From: Amoebophrya sp. A120
Taxonomy: Eukaryota > Protista > Dinoflagellata
Length of the DNA stretch: 64,000 nt
Assembly (NCBI GenBank): GCA_905178155.1
Contig: CAJINV010000011.1
Location: 3,499,077-3,563,076, forward strand
Direction: 5' to 3'
The position numbers and the translations under genes were made by a program. The notes below the pieces were generated by a model. It was not told the origin of the DNA and searched no databases. It worked only from the letters and a program-made list of their open reading frames with translations. Positions 59,101 through 64,000 of this stretch are shown one piece after another (the first letter of the stretch is position 1; each line of letters starts with the position of its first letter).

Positions 59101-60248
59101 TCATTCAGCATTATAAATTTCAATTTTCCATCTGGAAAAATTTGTAATGCTATTTCTACTAGTACGATACTTTTGCAATGCATAACCTGCAGGAAAACGA
59201 AACACAACTGCTGGACAGTCAGGACGTGCTGCGCATGCTCTACGGGGAGTCCATGGAGGCGGCGGATTTTCTGTATCAAATGTAAAAATGTCTGGGTCTG
59301 GGAGAATGCAACTTGTGATGCGCCTTTCGATGGCAAAAAAATCTGTAAGTATTGCATGAGCAGCAAAGGAAGTGCAATTTTTGCTACGTGGAGAGGGCAT
59401 TTGTCATGCGAAATAGGCATCAAGAAGCCCTCAAAAAATCTGTGATGCTAGGGCACGCATCACAGACATCATGGCTCATGCAAAACGCGCATGACAAGTC
59501 TCAGAATCTTCCAGACCCAGACATTTTTACATTTGATATTCTGAACACCATGCTGAAGGCGGACAAGGAACTAGAAATGGTCAGGAAGAAAGAGGAACAG
59601 AAGGTAGTCGTGCCACAGGGGGCACATCGCGGGCGGGGACTGCAACAAAATCATCTTCCACAAGAACTCGATGTACTAGGTGCTGAACAAGATCCACAAG
59701 ACGATGACGAGCCGCGACGTGGCAGACCGAAAGTGAAAGTTATCCGCACCAGGCAGGAGATCGAAGAAGAGGACCCTCTGAGCACAAGTGTCTTTGAACT
59801 CTTCCCAGTCGTGGACAACAGGGAAAAGACTAGAAATCTGAATCAACAAACTATCCGGTCTTCGACAACGAAAAAACAGTCCGCACGCGGGAGCAAGCCT
59901 TCGCGGCTGAAGCAGCGACAGTCCCGGAGCCGGTCAAAATCGAAATCACCGCGACAAGGTGGGACAGCTGCTGCTGCACACCAGCAGCGCCAAAGTTCAT
60001 CTCGTGGGCATCGGCATCAAACAACTTCGAAAGGAGCGCCACTGTCCGCGCGGATGGGTGGAGCAGGTGGTGGGGGTGGTGCAGCTGGCGCTCAAGTAGG
60101 GACCACAGGCTCAACTACGTTGATGGGTGGTCGCAGCAATACAAGCTCGAAGCGCAGTACGGGACCATCAAATCGCAAGCTCGAGAAACAAATGAACAAC
60201 GCATTGAAACTTCTCGAGGAAACGGCGGCATTGCTGCAAGAACACTAG
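56135..60248 (+). CDS. Hypothetical coiled-coil protein interrupted by four element-type introns
   Basis: Exons 56135-57458, 58297-58644, 58910-59031, 59190-59273, 59544-60248 form one continuous frame. Confidence 0.78.
57459..58291. mobile_element. Introner/MITE family C, 833-bp copy with about 590 bp of extra internal DNA
   Basis: Left TIR at 57459, normal family C body to about 57660 ending in a partial right TIR, unrelated sequence to about 58250, then a full right TIR; TSD GTTGC; removing 838 nt gives LNRL/RDKYY. Confidence 0.9.
58645..58904. mobile_element. Introner/MITE family A
   Basis: TATCAAGTGCAAAAGTGTCTGGGTCTGGAAGAGT ... ACTCTTCCAGACCCAGACATTTTTACAGTTGATA; TSD GCTGC. Confidence 0.93.
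59032..59184. mobile_element. Introner/MITE family D
   Basis: TATGCATTGCAAAAGTAGCGTACTCGTAG ... CTACTAGTACGATACTTTTGCAATGCATA; TSD ACCTG. Confidence 0.93.
59274..59538. mobile_element. Introner/MITE family A
   Basis: TATCAAATGTAAAAATGTCTGGGTCTGG ... CCAGACCCAGACATTTTTACATTTGATA; TSD TTCTG; removal gives ADFL/NTMLK. Confidence 0.95.
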
Positions 60249-61050
60249 ATGAGAAACCTTAACCTGATTTTTCGCCTACATCATTATCACGATGACCATG
60301 AGAATTTGAAGCGACACGTGGTACATTACGATTACTCGATGGAATAACCAGTTTTGTGACACTTTCAAGGCTGTAAGCAATGAGGTGCAGTTTGATGCTT
60401 CAGCTGTTTTCATCGTAGCGTCCGGAACGCCGGGGACAGGTCCAAAAGATGCACCTCAGGGCAACGCTGTGATCTGATTGTCAAGTGCGATGGATATAAT
60501 TACGCCGTGAGGGGCTTCTATGAGCGCGCTGAGGGCGATGTCTGAGTTGGGTCCGGGATCGGGTCTGCAAGGAAGTAGTACTTAAGGAAAAAGAACGAAA
60601 GAGAGCGGGAACGCGCGAGAGTGTTGCTGGATCATGAACTCTAACCAACAAATGGCGGAAAACACGGCGCGCGCTGTGTTTTAGTTTTCACTTGATATGT
60701 AGATCGCAACCTGATTAGAGCGGAGAGAAGTGTTCTCTACAGTTCTTGAACAGCACTCGAAGCAAATGTCGTGTTCCTGTCCGTAAAGAACGTCAACCAC
60801 ATCATGCCGCGTTTCTTACCGGCTTTGCGTTGCGTAGGAGCCGCAGGCGCCGGTCCACCGCCTGACTGAATTCAACTTTCAGGAGGGCTGCACGGGATCA
60901 ACACGGACGCGAGAAGGAAACCGAAAGACCTATGCGTATGCCCGTGTGAAGATCGACGGCAGAGGGGCCGCCGTCACTTGACTCCGACGAGCAGCATTCG
61001 CCCTACAAAAAGAACTCCGCCACAACATTTGACCACGTGCAAAGATCAAG

Positions 61051-64000
61051 ATGCAGACCTACGTGGTAGGCTTCAACATTTTCGACGCGCGGGCGTTGGT
61101 GACCCCGGACGGCCAGCCGTGCGACCCGTTTGTACTAGTCGAGTGCTGCGACAACGAGTACCAGACCGAGACGAAGCAGGGCAAGCAGTCCATCGTGACC
61201 TACAACGAGTCCTTCATCTGGTCGTCGATCCAGCTTTATCCCCAGCAGTTCAAGGCGGCGAGTATCACCTTCTCCGTCTACAGCCGCAACTTCTTCACCC
61301 GCAACGACCTGATCGGCCGGGCGACGCTGCAGTTGGACAACGTTAGAAATCGCAGAAACCACGTCTATGCGAAAAAATGGATGACGATCACCAAGGACAA
61401 CGAGCCCGCCGCCTCGGGCGCGCTCTGCGCGACGGTGTTCTGTCTGGCCCCCGGCGACGTCGCGCCCTCGGTCGACCAGCAGGAGGGCAACGATGACGCG
61501 GGCGAGGAGGGCGGCGGCGGCGAGCAGGACGACTACGAGGATCTGTCCAAAGCGGTGCTGGGGGGAAGCATTGACCAGTCCGGCGGGAAACCCCACCACG
61601 TGATGGTGACGATTCACCGGGTGGAAGATTTGGCGCCCGGGTCCAACCCGTTCGTGACCGCGGAATTCGCCGGGTCGCTAGTGACGACCTCTGTTGCGAA
61701 GGACGTGACCCAGCACACCTTCAACGAGTGTCTGACCATGCCCGCCATGACGCCGTTGTTTGAAGATATTTTGCTGATTAAGCTCTGGAACCACGTCTCC
61801 TTCGGCGCCGACGAGCTGTTCGCGCAGGGGATGCTTTCCTTCTCGGAATTACGAAACCGCTCCTTACTGCCCCGCTGGTTCAACTTCTACGGCTACAACC
61901 CGGACGAGATTCTCGATTCGGACGTGAAGGAGATCGCAGAGCAGGGCGAGGAAGTGGAGGCGAATTGGTACAAGGGGAAGCTGCTCGTGTCCGCCAGGGT
62001 CGAGAAACTTACGTCGCTGGAGGACTTGCAGTCCGCCGGGGTCTCGATGGCCAAGGGGTTCGAGGAGCCCGCGACAACCTCCATCTGCATCCTCGCAGAC
62101 ATCTACATGGTGGCGGGCGCGGTCGGCCGCGAGGTGCAGGTCGAGATCACGCTGGGCACGCAGAGCGCGGAGACCGGCTGGGTCTACCCCAGCTTCGGCG
62201 CCGGTAGCGACCCCGCCAGCTCGTCGAGCGCCTCGTCGGCGCAGCAGGTGGAGCAGGACTTCGAGCACCCAACGACCTTCCAGTACACCCAGTCCGAGGG
62301 GCGGCCGGCCGTCATCCTGGCTCTGATGCCGGAGGACCCGATTTCCCAACCGGATTGCCTCATCAACGTGTACAGCCGCGGGGTGATGAGCGGGCGGACG
62401 CGGTTGGGGTATTGCAAGGTGCCCCTGGCCAAACTGGAAAAGTACGATCCGGGGAACCCGCGCATACCGTTTTTCTTGCCACTGAAACCCATGCCCTGGA
62501 ACGGAATGCAGAAACTGCCCGTGTCGTTGCTCATGACTCTGGAGAAAACCTCGGACGAATCCAGCACCAACAACCGACACAATCGGAAGATTGTGAAGAA
62601 CATGGCCTACGTTTTGCGGGTCTACCTGTTCGGGGCGAGGCATATCGACTTCGGGGGAAATCAGGTGAAAGGACAATAAGAATATACTCGCTCGTTGTTG
62701 TGATTGTCTGGTGCTTCAAGCGAATTCGGATCTAAAATCGCTTGAAGAAATCTTCTTGTTTGTATTACCAGCGCTCTGCTCTTTGATCATCTTGATCTTC
62801 TCTTCAAAAACTGCTCCACAGACTAACCCCGCACTGTTCGTGCGCGCTACTTGCGCTGGTGCGAGCACGGAGACCGGTCAAATCGCCGGGGACCTGCGCC
62901 CACAATGGATGAGGTGCATGGAGCTGCACATCACTCTGATGACCGATCATCCGAAGAGGCCACCGACGATGGAGCCGATTACCGTGTCACTCTGCAATTA
63001 CGAGGGCATGTTTTCGCAGCCGGTCATTGGCAAGGCGATCTGCAAATACACCTACATGCGGCAGAAAGACGTACTTGGTTACTGACCTCTGTTTGATGTC
63101 ATTGTCAGCATCGTAATGACTATGACATGTCGAAGGTCGTCGTGAGGACTCACAATTTACGGTTCGCTCTTGTTACACACAATGCTGACTCTTGATCTAC
63201 TTCAGTAATGGCTAATAGTAATGGTTATGGTGCTCTGAAGAATAAGAATTCCAGAAGTAGCCGCCCTTATATACCTTTTCGCAAACCGCAGATTCTCGAC
63301 GAATGGGAACCGTACCGGCTGGCGCCGCAGTGGGTGAAACTCTACGGAGGCCAGTACAACACGAAGCCCACGGGAGAAATCTGCTGCGCGTTCGAGCTCT
63401 TGCGCAAGAAAGACGTTCCCGAGCTACCCCAGGCGCGCATGTGGCCCAGGGAGGATCTGTTGTTTCAGCGCAATCTGGATTTCTGCCGGTTGCGGAAGGC
63501 CACCCTCCACGTGAGCGTGCTGGGGCTCCGCGACATGAAGCCGCTCCCGGTCTTCGGGGGGCTCTCTTCCGCCCCGGTGTCGATGCCGACGGTGGAGTTC
63601 AAAGTACGAAAGTTGTTAGAGAACCCGAGAACCACGAAAACGGGGAAAACAATTCACGAGTTCTGGAGCTGCTTCTGCAAGTACATCGCCGACAAACCGA
63701 AGGGGGATCCGAACAACCCGGCGGACAGGAATAAGAAGTGGGAGACCAAAGTGGGCATGAACCATGAGTTCTTCCAGTACCGTCGCATGAACATCATGCT
63801 CCCCGAGGACCCGGTTTTTCAGCCCTGGGTCACGATCAAGGTCGGCGACGTATGGCGCTCTCAAACGTCACATTCTCAACTGTTACATGAATTTGGCATG
63901 CGAAATTGTCATCAGCATCTACGTGATCAAGCAGGTACTCCGCATGACAAACTCCCCAAGGCGGGCTAAGCAGAATTATAATCCGCTTCAAATTTCTTGT
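61051..64000 (+). CDS. Ferlin-like multi-C2-domain protein (3' end outside window)
   Basis: Successive C2 domains (VGFNIFDARAL..DPFV; VTIHRVEDL..NPFV..LLPRWFNFYG; YVLRVYLFGAR; LHVSVLGLRDMKP); GT-AG introns 62665-62821 and 63071-63291. Confidence 0.85.
63851..64000. mobile_element. Probable element-type intron truncated by the window end
   Basis: Coding character ends at GACG/TATGG; downstream sequence contains GCATGACAAA. Right end not visible, so an ordinary GTAT intron from 63850 is also possible. Confidence 0.4.

Noticed and set aside
2645-59538. Recurrent peptides such as NVKMSGSGR, CKNVWVW, PDPDIFTFD and NEGEGELC in the ORF track
   Set aside because: They are translations of family A and C TIRs, not a protein domain.
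2645-59538. Group I, group II or tRNA-type self-splicing introns
   Set aside because: No conserved core or GUGYG/AY ends; TIR plus TSD structure points to DNA-transposon origin.
1-64000. Window-wide stop-codon reassignment
   Set aside because: Long exons lack internal stops and genes end at TGA, TAA or TAG; only one in-frame TGA was seen.

Overview
Gene-dense eukaryotic DNA with 18 protein-coding genes, all on the + strand. The first gene is open at the 5' edge and the last is truncated at the 3' edge. Gene content and architecture (ferlin, MORN protein, DRC5/TCTE1, rhomboid, unidirectional genes, repeat-bounded non-canonical introns) suggest an alveolate, most likely a syndinian dinoflagellate such as Amoebophrya; this is inference. 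Besides about 20 ordinary GT-AG introns, I traced by eye 21 complete short insertion elements (145-321 bp, plus one of 833 bp) with about 8 different terminal-inverted-repeat (TIR) types. All start with TAT and all but one end with ATA. Twenty have a 5-bp target-site duplication (TSD; 16 perfect, 4 imperfect), and the different types share an internal GCAT(G/C/T)ACAA motif. Twenty lie inside coding sequence, where removing the element plus 5 nt restores the reading frame without GT-AG ends. They occur in both orientations, show strong codon-phase bias, and include a cargo-carrying copy, decayed copies and a possible excision footprint. This looks like a MITE-derived non-canonical intron (introner) system. 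No transposase is present in the window. All gene models were built manually and need RNA confirmation.
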